DNA of 64,000 nucleotides from an uncultured Gammaproteobacteria bacterium (GCA_964552565.1 CAZKGL010000001.1:307061-371060); one strand, 5' to 3'; positions 35,928 to 46,312 are shown, counted from the first letter of the stretch. The notes: a model not told the origin generated them from the letters alone. Made by a program: numbers and translations.

Positions 35928-36200
35928 ATGGCATTCTTCGACTGGATCGGAAGTCCCGATTCGCTGCCCGTCTTCATCGCGCTCGTGGTCGCGATCCTCT
36001 CGAACCTCGCGCCCATCCCCGTGACGGCGGCGCTCGCCATCGGTTGGTCGCTGTTCGTCACCATCGGCCTCGCGCGGACGTGGATTCTCTCCCGCCGCAC
36101 GGAGAACGGCATGACGGTCGGCGACGCCACCATGTTTCTTGTCTTCTACCATCTGCCGGTCGTCCTGTGCGCCTTCGTCATCTGGACGCGCACGCACTGA
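35928..36200 (+). CDS. Small three-TM protein
   Basis: GGAGG-5 nt-ATG; hydrophobic; same style as the array genes. Confidence 0.65.
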   Translation: MAFFDWIGSPDSLPVFIALVVAILSNLAPIPVTAALAIGWSLFVTIGLARTWILSRRTENGMTVGDATMFLVFYHLPVVLCAFVIWTRTH

Positions 36201-36367
36201 CTGTCAGACCTGACCCCTGCAGCGCAACCGTGCGCCGCGGGGGTCGCGTCGTTTTTCCCACCTGTCAAAAACTCGACGGCCGTCACATTTTGACAGGCCG
36301 CTTGTCAAGCGCGACCACGTCCTGCTTGTGCTTGCGCATGGTTCTTTGGCGTGCAAGCGTGGGGTAT

Positions 36368-36745
36368 ATGCATGTCCAAACGCGCTTCGCTCATCCGTGG
36401 TCGACCGCCGGCATCATCGGCGGGACATTTACGCTGCTGTTCCTCTTCGGCGTCATCCCCATCCCGGAGCTCCCGCTTCGTGCGGGGGCGGGGGAGGCGG
36501 CGCCACGCGGGTACGACCATCCGTTGCTCAACAACGCATCGGAAGCCGAGCTTACGGCAGGCGGCGTCGACCTGCGCAGCATCCCGACGGTCATCTCGCG
36601 GACGCAGGAGACGTGCGCCGTCACCGCGCTTGGGCAGGAGCGCGTCGACGCCATCAAGGGCGGCGCCACGGTCACGATGTCCGATTACGCGCTCGCGAAG
36701 CACTGCATCAGCACTTGGGCAAGCGGATATCTCGGCGAGCGTTGA
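36368..36745 (+). CDS. Single-TM hypothetical protein
   Basis: TM then HPLL..TCAVTALGQERVDAIKGG. Confidence 0.6.
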   Translation: MHVQTRFAHPWSTAGIIGGTFTLLFLFGVIPIPELPLRAGAGEAAPRGYDHPLLNNASEAELTAGGVDLRSIPTVISRTQETCAVTALGQERVDAIKGGATVTMSDYALAKHCISTWASGYLGER

Positions 36746-36776
36746 AGAAAACAGGTAGACGGAGTAGTGTAAGGGC

Positions 36777-38243
36777 ATGTCTGCCCATCAAACGTTAGCG
36801 AAAAATACGCTGTTTTTGACTGCGGCCTCCATCGGGCAAAAGGTCATCGCGCTCGTGTACTTTTTCCTTATTTCCGGCTACCTCGGCACCGAGGGGACGG
36901 GCGGGTATTTTTTGGCGCTCGCGATGGTGACGACGATCGGCGTCATCGACGACATCGGGCTCACGTCGGTCCTCATCCGCGGCGTCGCAAGCAAACCCTC
37001 CGAAGCCGCGACGTGGCTGCGCAACGTCCTCGGGTACAAGGTATTCACCATCCCATTCACCATTCTTCTTGCATTCGTCGTCCCGGCGCTCGCCGGGTTT
37101 GATGCGGAAGCGGCGTACCTTGTCCGTATCGCCATCGCCATCATGATCGCGGATACGCTGTCGCTGACGTGCTACGGCGTCTTGCGCGGCATGCAGTCGC
37201 TCAAGTACGAGTCGCTCGGCATCTTCGTCGGCCAGCTCGTCACGAGCGTCATCGGCATTGGGCTTGTGGTGACCGGCACCGCGACGTTGCCGCTCCTCAT
37301 TGTCGCGCTCATCGTCGGGAGCGTGTGGAACCTCGTGTTCTCTGCGGTGCAGGTCGCGCGCTGCATCGGGTGGGGCGCCTTCGTGCCGGCGTACACCATG
37401 GGGAACGCGCCGCTGAAGATGGCGTTTGCATTTTTCCTTTCCGCCGTCTTCGTGAAGGTGTATTCGTACATGGATTCGTTCATCCTGAACGCGACGCTTG
37501 GCGAGTCGGCGGTCGGCGTGTACAGCATCGCGTACAAGATGACGTACGCATTTCAGTTTTTGCCGCTTGCGCTCGTCGGCGCGCTGTACCCGTCGCTGTC
37601 CGCCGCCGCGGGCGACCCGGAGCGGCTCAAAAAGATCTTTTTTGCCGCCGAATGGTACGTTGCGCTTCTCGCTGCGCCGATCGTCTTCGGCATCTGGTCG
37701 CTCGCGCCGGAACTCGTCGGGCTCCTCAAGCCCGAGTTCGCGGAGGCCGCCGGCCCGCTGTCCATCCTCATTTTCGTCCTCATCTTCATCTTCCTCGATT
37801 TTCCCATCGGGTCGCTCCTCAACGCGACGCATCGCCAGGCGACGAAGACGGTCATCATGGGCGCGACCATGGTCATCAACATCTGCGCGAACATCTACCT
37901 CATTCCGCGCTTCAACGTCGAAGGCGCGAGCATTGCCGCGCTGATCAGTTTCGTGTTCATGTTCGTTGCGGGGTGGGGGAGCGTCGCGGCGGCGGCCAAG
38001 CTGTCGTTCGCCGAGCTTGTGCAGAAGGTCGGTGGGTTTTTCCTCGCCGGCGCCGTCATGGGCGTCGTGGTCATCGCGGCGAAGGCGTATATCCCGTGGG
38101 TCTCCGCAATCCCGATCGGCGCCGCGGTGTATGTCGTCCTCATCTTTGCCATGAAGACCGTGACCGTCGACCACCTCCGCCAGATGCGCAGCATCGTACG
38201 CCCCGAAAAACCGTATGCCACGAATACTTCTGCCGACAATTGA
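36777..38243 (+). CDS. Polysaccharide flippase (Wzx/MOP superfamily)
   Basis: LAKNT, DIGLTSVLIR, VGVYSIAYK; multi-TM. Confidence 0.9.
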   Translation: MSAHQTLAKNTLFLTAASIGQKVIALVYFFLISGYLGTEGTGGYFLALAMVTTIGVIDDIGLTSVLIRGVASKPSEAATWLRNVLGYKVFTIPFTILLAFVVPALAGFDAEAAYLVRIAIAIMIADTLSLTCYGVLRGMQSLKYESLGIFVGQLVTSVIGIGLVVTGTATLPLLIVALIVGSVWNLVFSAVQVARCIGWGAFVPAYTMGNAPLKMAFAFFLSAVFVKVYSYMDSFILNATLGESAVGVYSIAYKMTYAFQFLPLALVGALYPSLSAAAGDPERLKKIFFAAEWYVALLAAPIVFGIWSLAPELVGLLKPEFAEAAGPLSILIFVLIFIFLDFPIGSLLNATHRQATKTVIMGATMVINICANIYLIPRFNVEGASIAALISFVFMFVAGWGSVAAAAKLSFAELVQKVGGFFLAGAVMGVVVIAAKAYIPWVSAIPIGAAVYVVLIFAMKTVTVDHLRQMRSIVRPEKPYATNTSADN

Positions 38244-39198
38244 GCTGCCTGGCGCACGGGGAGGCATTGCGCGGTACATCGACGCGATCGCGAAGACGAT
38301 TCCGGACGTTGAGGTTGCCCCGTGGTCGAAGAGCCGTAGCGTCGAGTCGAAAGGGTACGACGCCGTGTGGGTGCACCACGTGCTCCCCATCGGCACCCAG
38401 GCGTGGCTGCAGCGCCTTCGTGGCGGCACGCCGTACGTCGTGTTTTTGCATGGCATGGATTTCGATCTCGCCCGCCGCAATGTGTGGAAACGATTTCTCA
38501 CGCGTCGTATCTTGCGTGGTGCAACACGCGTGGTGACCAATTCGCGCGCACTCGCCGGCGAGGTTGCGGCGTTTGCGGACATCCCGATGCCGATGGTGGT
38601 GTACCCGTGCGTGAGCGACGATATGGTCGCAGCCGCAGCCATCCCACCATCCCACCATCCACCGTCCACCACACTCCGTCTCCTCACCGTCGGCCGGCTT
38701 GTCGAACGGAAGGGCCACATGAAGGTGCTCGACGCCATCGCGGACATGCCGGACGTGACGTACGCGATCGTCGGCGACGGGCCGATGCGGGGTGCGATCA
38801 CGCGGCGCATCGAGGAGCTCGGACTTCGCGACCGTGTGACGCTCCATGCGGATGTCGCGGACGATGCGCTGCCCGAGTATTATCGGAACGCTGATGTTTT
38901 TGTCATGCCCGCGTCGCAATCCGCGGGCGACCGCGAAGGGTTCGGCATCGTCTATCTCGAGGCAAACCTGTTCGGCCTTCCGGTCATCGCGTGCAAGACG
39001 CCCGGTGTCGACGAGGCGGTGGTTGATGGAGAGACGGGCGTGCTCATCGACGATACTCCCGTCGCGCTGCGTGACGCATTGTCGCGGTTTTCTCACGATC
39101 GTGAGTTTTCCGTGACGCTCGGACAGCAGGGCAGGGAGCGGGTATTGGCCGATTTCACACGCGAAACGCAGTTTGCTACACTGCGTGCTCTGCTATGA
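38215..39198 (+). CDS. Glycosyltransferase family 4
   Basis: GGIARY, TVGRLVERKG, EGFGIVYLEA, DGETG. Confidence 0.92.
   Translation: MPRILLPTIELPGARGGIARYIDAIAKTIPDVEVAPWSKSRSVESKGYDAVWVHHVLPIGTQAWLQRLRGGTPYVVFLHGMDFDLARRNVWKRFLTRRILRGATRVVTNSRALAGEVAAFADIPMPMVVYPCVSDDMVAAAAIPPSHHPPSTTLRLLTVGRLVERKGHMKVLDAIADMPDVTYAIVGDGPMRGAITRRIEELGLRDRVTLHADVADDALPEYYRNADVFVMPASQSAGDREGFGIVYLEANLFGLPVIACKTPGVDEAVVDGETGVLIDDTPVALRDALSRFSHDREFSVTLGQQGRERVLADFTRETQFATLRALL
39088..39112. repeat. 25-bp palindromic element, copy 2 (inside the GT4 CDS)
   Basis: Identical to 10568-10592. Confidence 0.85.
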
Positions 39199-39902
39199 AC
39201 GGTCTTGTTTCCGTCGTCATCCCGACCTACCAGCACGCCGGCACGATCGGGGCGTGTTTGGATTCGGTATTCGCCCAGACGTACTCCCCGATCGAGGTCA
39301 TTGTCGTCAACGACGGATCGACGGACGCCACGCAGGAGGTCCTCGCGCCGTACCGCGACCGCGCGACGGTCATCACGCAGGAGAACCGCGGCGGCAACCC
39401 GGCGCGGAACCGCGGCCTCGCGGCGGCCAACGGGGAGTTTGTCATCTTTTGCGACGCCGACGTCATCATGCGGCCGGACATGATCGAGCGCATGGTTGCG
39501 GCGCTCGCGGCGCACCCGGATGCGAGCATCGCGTATTCCGGATTCCGGTTCGGGTGGAAGCGGTTCCGCGGCGTGCCGTGGAATCCCGCGCGGTTGCGCA
39601 AAGTGAACTACATCCATACGACGAGTCTTGTCCGCCGGGATGCGTTCCCGGGGTTTGACGAAGCGATCAAGCGGTTCCAGGACTGGGACGTGTGGCTCAC
39701 CATGCTCGCGCAGGGGAAGTCGGGCGTCCTGGTGCCGGGGACGCTGTTCCGTTGCCTTATTGACGGCGAGTCGCGTACCGGATCGCGGTGGCTCCCGTCG
39801 TTCATGTACCGGATCCCGTGGGAATGGCTGCCGTGGCGGCCGCACCAGGTTGCGAAGTACGAAGCCGCGCGCGCCGTCATGGTCGCGAAGCACAAACTAT
39901 GA
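39195..39902 (+). CDS. Glycosyltransferase family 2
   Basis: VSVVIPTY, VVNDGSTD, ARNRG, CDAD, FQDWD. Confidence 0.92.
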   Translation: MNGLVSVVIPTYQHAGTIGACLDSVFAQTYSPIEVIVVNDGSTDATQEVLAPYRDRATVITQENRGGNPARNRGLAAANGEFVIFCDADVIMRPDMIERMVAALAAHPDASIAYSGFRFGWKRFRGVPWNPARLRKVNYIHTTSLVRRDAFPGFDEAIKRFQDWDVWLTMLAQGKSGVLVPGTLFRCLIDGESRTGSRWLPSFMYRIPWEWLPWRPHQVAKYEAARAVMVAKHKL

Positions 39903-40753
39903 TCGACGTCTCTCTCGTCATCGTCACGTACAAAGAGCATCCCGACGTCTTGCGGGCTTGTTTTGACGCGGTTGCGGCGTCGCGTGATGTGACGGTTGAG
40001 ACGATTGTTGTCGATAACGGGGGGAGCGAAGCGACAAAGACATTGCTCGCCGAGGTGTTGCCGGGAGCGCAGTACGCCCCAAATCCGCAGAACCGGGGCT
40101 TTGCCGCGGCAGTCAACCAGGGAATGCGGGTCGCGCAAGGTCGCTACGTGCTCTTGCTCAACCCCGACACCGTCATTCCCGACGACGCGCTCGCGCGGAT
40201 GGTGCGCCATATGGACCGCGACACGGACGTCGGCATCGCAAGCGCGGTCATCCGGTACCCGGACGGGCGGCTGCAGGAAAGCATCCGTCGTTTCCCGACG
40301 CTCATCGACCAGGTGCTTATTCTCCTCAAGGCGCCCCACGTCGTGCGCCGCCTGCCGTGGGTCGACCACTACATGATGCGCGACGCCGATCCGCTCGCGA
40401 CGCAGGACGTCGACTCGATCATGGGCGCGTTCATGATGATCCGCCGCGAGGTCATCGACCGCATCGGCATGTTCGACGAACGGTACTTCATTTGGTTCGA
40501 GGAGGTCGACTATTGCAAGATGGCGCGCGATGCGGGCTTCCGTGTGCGTCATTACGGCGACGTGGCGATCGTCCACCACAAGGGGCACACGTTCGACCAG
40601 CTTGCCACGATCCGGAAACAGCGGTGGGTGCGCGAAAGCATGCGGAAATACATGGCAAAGCACCATGGCGCCGCTACGGCCGCAATCTTCTGGGTGCTCG
40701 CCCCGATGTTTATCGTCCTTGCGTACCTTGCGGCATTCATGAAGAAAGGATAG
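39899..40753 (+). CDS. Glycosyltransferase family 2 (WbbL-like)
   Basis: VVDNG, NRGFAAAVNQG, LLNPD, FDERYFIWFEEVD. Confidence 0.92.
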   Translation: MIDVSLVIVTYKEHPDVLRACFDAVAASRDVTVETIVVDNGGSEATKTLLAEVLPGAQYAPNPQNRGFAAAVNQGMRVAQGRYVLLLNPDTVIPDDALARMVRHMDRDTDVGIASAVIRYPDGRLQESIRRFPTLIDQVLILLKAPHVVRRLPWVDHYMMRDADPLATQDVDSIMGAFMMIRREVIDRIGMFDERYFIWFEEVDYCKMARDAGFRVRHYGDVAIVHHKGHTFDQLATIRKQRWVRESMRKYMAKHHGAATAAIFWVLAPMFIVLAYLAAFMKKG

Positions 40754-40801
40754 ATTCATACGTTGTTCAAAAACTGACGATCGGCAGTATTTTGCACAGA
40801 T

Positions 40802-42394
40802 ATGTTCGCAAAACAGTTTCTCGGAAAAACCGCTGCGGTCACGTTTCCCGCGCTCGCCGCGGTCCATCTGGTCGCGATTCCGCTCCAGCACAACGACCTT
40901 CCGAGCGCCGTCGCGCTCGCGCTCGTCGGCGTGGCCGCGTGCGCCCTCACCGCACGGTCCCTCGTGTGGGGCCTTGTCCTTGCGTTCGCCGAAATCATAG
41001 CCGGCGGCCACGGCCACCTGCTCGCCGCGGACATCGCCGGGTTCCCGCTGTCGCTGCGCATGGCCGTGTTCGCCGGTGTCATGCTGGGCTACGTCTGGCA
41101 CGTCGCGCGCCGCCGCGTCCGGCCGACCTTCCTCGTCTTCCGCGACACGCCGTTCTTGCTCCTTGCCATCGCGGTCGCCATCGGGACCGTACACGGGATG
41201 CTCGCGAACGACCCGCTCCATGCGTTCGACGACATGAACGGTTACTTCACGCTCGCGTACCTCCTGCCGCTCGCGTCGGTGGCGTGGGACAACACGACGC
41301 GCCGCGCGCTGCTCCAAGGGATGTTCGCGTCGGTCATGTGGGTTGCGCTCTCGACGCTTGCCATCGTGTTCCTTTTCACGCACCTGCCGGGCTGGATGCT
41401 GCATGATGTCTACGCGTTCGTGCGGGATGCGCGCATCGCCGAGGTGACGCTCCTCACCGGTCCGGATTGGTTTGTCGGCAACCTCCTGCCCGACGCGAGT
41501 CCGTGGTATTTCCGCGTGTTCGAGCCCGCGCATTTCTTCGTCCTCGTGCTCGGCCTCATCTTGGTGGCGGCGCGGTTCCTCTTGTGGAAAGGGGAGCGGA
41601 TGCCCCACATGGCGCGCGTGGCGTTCACGCTTTGTGTTGCCGCGTTCATCGCCAGCCTCTCGCGGAGTTTCCTTATCGGCGCGGCCGCCGGGCTCTGCGC
41701 GACCGCGGTGTTCGTCGGGGTCGACGCGCCGCGCGCCATCGGCAGGCACCTGCTCCGCAGCCTCCCGCTCCTGTTCTTGGTATTCCTCGGCGCCGGCGTG
41801 TTCTGGGCCACGGTCGTTTTCCCGTTCCCAAGCCACCCGAACCTGCAGGACGCGGCGTTTTACCGTGAGACGGAAAGCGACGACCGGGACCTTGCGGTCT
41901 CCAGCCGGTGGAACCTCTTGTACCCGATGTTTACGGCGATCATGGAGCACCCCGTAGTCGGGGCCGGCTTCGGCAAAGAGGTCACGTTCATCTCTGACGA
42001 CCCGCGGGTCCGCGACATCAACCCGAGCGGGGAGTGGACCACGTATCGGTTCGAGTGGGGCTACCAGGATATCTGGCTCAAGATGGGGCTCCTCGGCCTG
42101 GTCGCGTTCGTGTGGTACCTCGTCGTGTTGTCACGCGCGTTTTACTTCAGTTACCTTCGCCACGGGCACCGCTGGCTGGTGACCGGGCTCTACGCCGGCG
42201 TCATCGCGCTCTTCGCCACGCACGTGTTCTCGCCGTACCTCAACCATCCCATCGGCCTCGGCTTCATGCTGTTCGTGCTGCCGTTCTTCGATTGGCAGGG
42301 CGTCGTCGCGTCGTTTGCGAAAGAGGACGAGGCCCGCGCGAAAGAATCGGTCGTGAAGGTACCGACGCCGGTCGTGACGATGCGCGGCGAGTGA
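40802..42394 (+). CDS. O-antigen ligase/polymerase family membrane protein
   Basis: SLSRS, R...HPVVGAGFG, multi-TM, inside the polysaccharide locus. Confidence 0.8.
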   Translation: MFAKQFLGKTAAVTFPALAAVHLVAIPLQHNDLPSAVALALVGVAACALTARSLVWGLVLAFAEIIAGGHGHLLAADIAGFPLSLRMAVFAGVMLGYVWHVARRRVRPTFLVFRDTPFLLLAIAVAIGTVHGMLANDPLHAFDDMNGYFTLAYLLPLASVAWDNTTRRALLQGMFASVMWVALSTLAIVFLFTHLPGWMLHDVYAFVRDARIAEVTLLTGPDWFVGNLLPDASPWYFRVFEPAHFFVLVLGLILVAARFLLWKGERMPHMARVAFTLCVAAFIASLSRSFLIGAAAGLCATAVFVGVDAPRAIGRHLLRSLPLLFLVFLGAGVFWATVVFPFPSHPNLQDAAFYRETESDDRDLAVSSRWNLLYPMFTAIMEHPVVGAGFGKEVTFISDDPRVRDINPSGEWTTYRFEWGYQDIWLKMGLLGLVAFVWYLVVLSRAFYFSYLRHGHRWLVTGLYAGVIALFATHVFSPYLNHPIGLGFMLFVLPFFDWQGVVASFAKEDEARAKESVVKVPTPVVTMRGE

Positions 42395-42425
42395 TGCCTC
42401 GCGTCCGTTCTGCTATACTCCTGCT

Positions 42426-44192
42426 ATGTCATTGTCCGTCCGCCCGACGATCCGGGTATTTTGGCGGCATGTGCGGCGGTACCCGGTCGTTGCGGCATTC
42501 CTGGCCGTCGCCTTGCTCGCGCTCAACCTGACTGAGCTTGCGCGGCCGCTGCTCGGCAAGCGGTTTTTTGACGTGTTCGAGTCGGGCCTTTCCGGCGGCG
42601 CGCTGCAGTCCGCCCTGGTTGACGTGCTCGTGCTCATGATCGGGCTCGGCGTCGTGCAGTTCTTGCTGTTCCGCGTCGCAAGCTTCATGAACAACTGGTT
42701 CCAGCCGCGGGTCATCGCCGACCTCGAGCGCACGGCGTTCGGATACATCCTCGACCATTCGTACCGGTTCTTCTCGAATAACTTCGCCGGTTCGTTGGTC
42801 CGGAAAATTCACCGCCTCGGACGCGCGTTCGAGACGATCGCCGACCAGCTCGAGTGGCGGCTTATCCAGCTTGTCGTCGCCATCGTCGGGACGATCATCA
42901 TTTTTTCCCTCCGCAGCCCGCTCGTCGCCGCCATCCTTGCGGCGTGGATCGTCATCTTCATCGCCGTGAACTTCGTCGTGGCGCGGTGGAAGCTCAAATA
43001 CGACACGGAGCGCGCGGAGCTCGACACGGAGGCGGGCGGCATGCTTTCCGACGCGGTGTCGAACGCGATGACCATCCAGCAGTTCGTCGGCAAGGACTTC
43101 GAACGGGCGCGTTACGCGGAGGTCAGCGAGCGCTGGCGTGTCATGCAGACGTTTACGTGGAACCTTGGCGACATCAACGAAGCGATCCAGGCCGCGCTCA
43201 TGATCGTGCTCGAGGGCGTCACGATGTACTTCGCCATCCAGTTCTACATCGACGGCACGCTGACGCTCGGCGATTTCGCGCTGATCCAGACGGCGTTCAT
43301 CGGGCTCTTCACCAAGCTTTGGGATTTCGGCCGCGTCATCCGCCACACGTACGAAGGGTTTGCCGATGCGAAAGAAATGGTCGATATCCTCGAGCTGCCG
43401 CACGAGGTCCACGACAAGCCCACGGCAAAAAAACTCAAGGTCAAACACGGGCAGATCGAGTTTGTCGACGTGTCGTTCGCGTACAACATGACGCGGCCGG
43501 TGTTGCGCGACCTCTCGCTCACCATCACGCCGGGGGAGAAGATCGCGTTTGTCGGCCCGAGCGGTGCGGGCAAATCCACGGTCATCAAACTCCTCATGCG
43601 GTTCTTCGACGTCACAAGCGGGAAGATCCGCATCGACGGACAGAATATCGCCGACGTGACGCAGGACAGCGTGCGCGGCAACGTCTCGCTCGTCCCGCAG
43701 GACCCGCTGCTGTTCCACCGCAGCATCATGGAAAACATCCGCTACGGCCGGCGCACCGCGTCCGACGCCGAGGTCATTGCGGCGTCGAAGAAGGCGCACT
43801 GTCACGAGTTCATCACGCAGCTGCCGAGCGGCTACGACACGCTCGTCGGCGAACGCGGCATTAAGCTCTCCGGCGGCGAACGCCAGCGCGTCGCCATCGC
43901 GCGCGCCATCCTGAAGAACGCCCCGATCCTCGTCCTCGACGAGGCGACGTCGAGCCTCGATTCGGAAAGCGAAGCGTTGATCCAGGACGCCCTGCGCGCG
44001 CTCATGAAGGACAAGACCGTCATCGTCATCGCGCACCGCCTGTCGACCATCATGCAAATGGACCGGATTGTGGTTATCGAAAAGGGGGCGGTGACGGACG
44101 CGGGGCGACACGACGAGCTCGTGCGTCGAGAGGGGACATACCAAAAATTGTGGAGCATTCAGGCCGGGGGTTTTCTGCCAGATAAAGCATAA
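42426..44192 (+). CDS. ABC transporter, fused permease/ATP-binding (MsbA-like exporter)
   Basis: GPSGAGKST, LSGGERQR, LDEATSSLD, IAHRLST. Confidence 0.95.
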   Translation: MSLSVRPTIRVFWRHVRRYPVVAAFLAVALLALNLTELARPLLGKRFFDVFESGLSGGALQSALVDVLVLMIGLGVVQFLLFRVASFMNNWFQPRVIADLERTAFGYILDHSYRFFSNNFAGSLVRKIHRLGRAFETIADQLEWRLIQLVVAIVGTIIIFSLRSPLVAAILAAWIVIFIAVNFVVARWKLKYDTERAELDTEAGGMLSDAVSNAMTIQQFVGKDFERARYAEVSERWRVMQTFTWNLGDINEAIQAALMIVLEGVTMYFAIQFYIDGTLTLGDFALIQTAFIGLFTKLWDFGRVIRHTYEGFADAKEMVDILELPHEVHDKPTAKKLKVKHGQIEFVDVSFAYNMTRPVLRDLSLTITPGEKIAFVGPSGAGKSTVIKLLMRFFDVTSGKIRIDGQNIADVTQDSVRGNVSLVPQDPLLFHRSIMENIRYGRRTASDAEVIAASKKAHCHEFITQLPSGYDTLVGERGIKLSGGERQRVAIARAILKNAPILVLDEATSSLDSESEALIQDALRALMKDKTVIVIAHRLSTIMQMDRIVVIEKGAVTDAGRHDELVRREGTYQKLWSIQAGGFLPDKA

Positions 44193-44283
44193 TTTTGGCA
44201 TTTCGGCTTGACTCGACCGTACTCCGGTGCTCACATGGGCTTGCACGCCGCCTTGGGGGGCGGAGTGCGCATAAGGGGGGACA

Positions 44284-44913
44284 ATGCTCAAGTTGGTCAG
44301 CGAACACCCGCAGGCGTTCCTGACGCTCTTCACCATCGTGTGCATCATGGCACTCGTGCTCCTGGCGGTCACCGGCGGGCTGCTCTACGAGTGGAACTCC
44401 ACGCGCGCGACGCTGAAGGACCGCGTGGAAGAGGTCGCGAACCTCCACACGCTGATGGAACAGGGGAAGGCGGCCGCGGACGGCGCGATTGCGGAGGCGC
44501 ACGCGTCCGATGCCGCGAAGCTCGAGGCCGAAGCGCGGGTGCGCGACAAGGAGCACGAGCGGCGGCGCCTCGACGGCTACGTCGACGGCATCCTCCTCGC
44601 GTTCCATACGGCCCGAAGCGTGCTCGGCGAGCGCGACTTCGCGCCGTTCGTGCGGCTGCTCTCGCACTGGGCGGTGGAGGAGGCCAAGCTCCAGAACATC
44701 CGCGGCCGCGACCGGTTCGTGGACCACGCCCTGCGCGTCGCGTGCGAGGAGCACCTCGTGACGCCGGAGATCCTCGCGGAGCTCCCTCCGGAGGTCATCG
44801 AGCGGACGGTTCGGCACCGTATCCGCGACCTGCAGAAGCACGGGGCCCAGGGGTGGGCGATCGTCGAGCACGCGCTCGCGTTGCCGGACGAAGAGCGCCC
44901 CGCGGCGAAATAG
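44284..44913 (+). CDS. Hypothetical protein, TM plus coiled coil
   Basis: N-terminal TM; G-rich SD-like sequence upstream. Confidence 0.65.
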   Translation: MLKLVSEHPQAFLTLFTIVCIMALVLLAVTGGLLYEWNSTRATLKDRVEEVANLHTLMEQGKAAADGAIAEAHASDAAKLEAEARVRDKEHERRRLDGYVDGILLAFHTARSVLGERDFAPFVRLLSHWAVEEAKLQNIRGRDRFVDHALRVACEEHLVTPEILAELPPEVIERTVRHRIRDLQKHGAQGWAIVEHALALPDEERPAAK

Positions 44914-45037
44914 GGGCGAAAAAGGGAGGCGTACCTGGGTGCTGGCTCGTGCCGCGCCCAGGTCGTTTTTTTCTACGAAGATGCACCGCCCTTGTGAGGC
45001 GGTGCATGGGGACGGAACCAGCGTCCGTCGAGCGCGG

Positions 45038-45244
45038 TCATGACATGAATTCCGCGAGGTAGTTGCCGGCGAGGGTGATGAAGAGCACCACGGACACGAA
45101 GACGAGGCTCCGCATCCGCGCGCGCTCGGCGCCGGCCATGTCATGGGGATCGCGCGCCGTGCCGCGCTCGAATTCCGAAATGAGCCACAGGGCGATGCCG
45201 ATGAGGAACAGGCATCCGAGCACGACGTTGGCGAGCCAGGGCAT
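45038..45244 (-). CDS. Small two-TM protein
   Basis: GGAGG upstream (CCTCC at 45251-45255 on +); MPWLANVVLGCLFLIGIALW. Confidence 0.6.
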   Translation of the reverse strand: MPWLANVVLGCLFLIGIALWLISEFERGTARDPHDMAGAERARMRSLVFVSVVLFITLAGNYLAEFMS

Positions 45245-45264
45245 GGGGCACCTCCGCCACCAGG

Positions 45265-46206
45265 CTACACGCCGAGCTCCGCGTTGGCAATGTCGGCGTA
45301 GCCGCGCAGGAAGGCATCGGCGGGCATGCGCGTGCCGCCTGCGGGCTGGATCGCAAGAATGCGCAGCGCGGTCGAGCCCGTGCCGACGTACAGCGATCCG
45401 TTTTCGACAAGTACGGTGGACGGTGGGATGGTGGGATGGTGGGATGGCGACGCAGCGAAAATTTTCAGCGTCATCGGCTGCCCATTCCGGTTCCATGTCG
45501 TCCACGTCCCGGGCCAAGGGTTATACGCGCGGATCTTCCGCTCGATGACTTCGGCCGGTTCGGCCCAGTCGATTTTTCCGTCTTCGCGGGTGAGGAGCGC
45601 ACAGAATGTCGCTTGAGTGTGATCTTGCGCTCTGGGCGTGGCTGTCCCCGCCGCGAGCTGTTTGAGCGTATCGAGAAGAAGCGGCGCGCCGTGCGCAACG
45701 ACTTTTTCCGTGAGGCTCGATGTCGTTTCGTCGGATACGACCGGGAACGTCGTTTGCGCAAGCACGGGGCCATGGTCCATCTCTGCATCAAGCAGCATGA
45801 GGGAAACGCCGGTTTCGGTTTCCCCATTCGCGATCGCGGAAATAATCGGCGACGGACCACGAAGTTTCGGCAGGAGCGAGGGGTGGACGTTGACACAGCC
45901 CATCGGCGGGATGTCGAGGACGGCCTGCGGGAGAATGCGGCCGTAGGCGATGACGACAAACGCATCCGCATCGAACGCGCGCAGCGTGTCATGGAATGCG
46001 GGATCCTTCAGCTTTGTGGGCTGGAGCACGGGGATGCCGAGGCTCATTGCCCTCGTCTTGACCGGCGACGGCGTCAGCTCCTTCTTTCTTCCGACCGGTT
46101 CATCCGACGTGGTGATCACTGCCGCAATTTCGAAAAACGGATCCGCATGGAGCGCGGAAAGGAATTGCCCGGCGAATTCCGGCGTACCAAAGAAAACGAG
46201 CTTCAT
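45265..46206 (-). CDS. fmt: Methionyl-tRNA formyltransferase
   Basis: FFGTPEF, AYGRIL, NVHPSLLP..RGPSP, MDHGP, IRAYNPWPG. Confidence 0.97.
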   Translation of the reverse strand: MKLVFFGTPEFAGQFLSALHADPFFEIAAVITTSDEPVGRKKELTPSPVKTRAMSLGIPVLQPTKLKDPAFHDTLRAFDADAFVVIAYGRILPQAVLDIPPMGCVNVHPSLLPKLRGPSPIISAIANGETETGVSLMLLDAEMDHGPVLAQTTFPVVSDETTSSLTEKVVAHGAPLLLDTLKQLAAGTATPRAQDHTQATFCALLTREDGKIDWAEPAEVIERKIRAYNPWPGTWTTWNRNGQPMTLKIFAASPSHHPTIPPSTVLVENGSLYVGTGSTALRILAIQPAGGTRMPADAFLRGYADIANAELGV

Positions 46207-46213
46207 AGGAGAA

Positions 46214-46308
46214 GGGCGGGTGACGCCGAGCAGGTCCCCTGCTTGGGCGCGCAGACGAGTCCGACGAGTCGAGCACCCAACAGGGTGCGAAGGCGGCAGG
46301 ACCCGCCC
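46214..46308 (-). repeat. Structured dispersed repeat, copy 3 (fills the def-fmt intergenic gap)
   Basis: Reverse complement of the copy 2 core. Confidence 0.95.
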
Positions 46309-46312
46309 GGCA

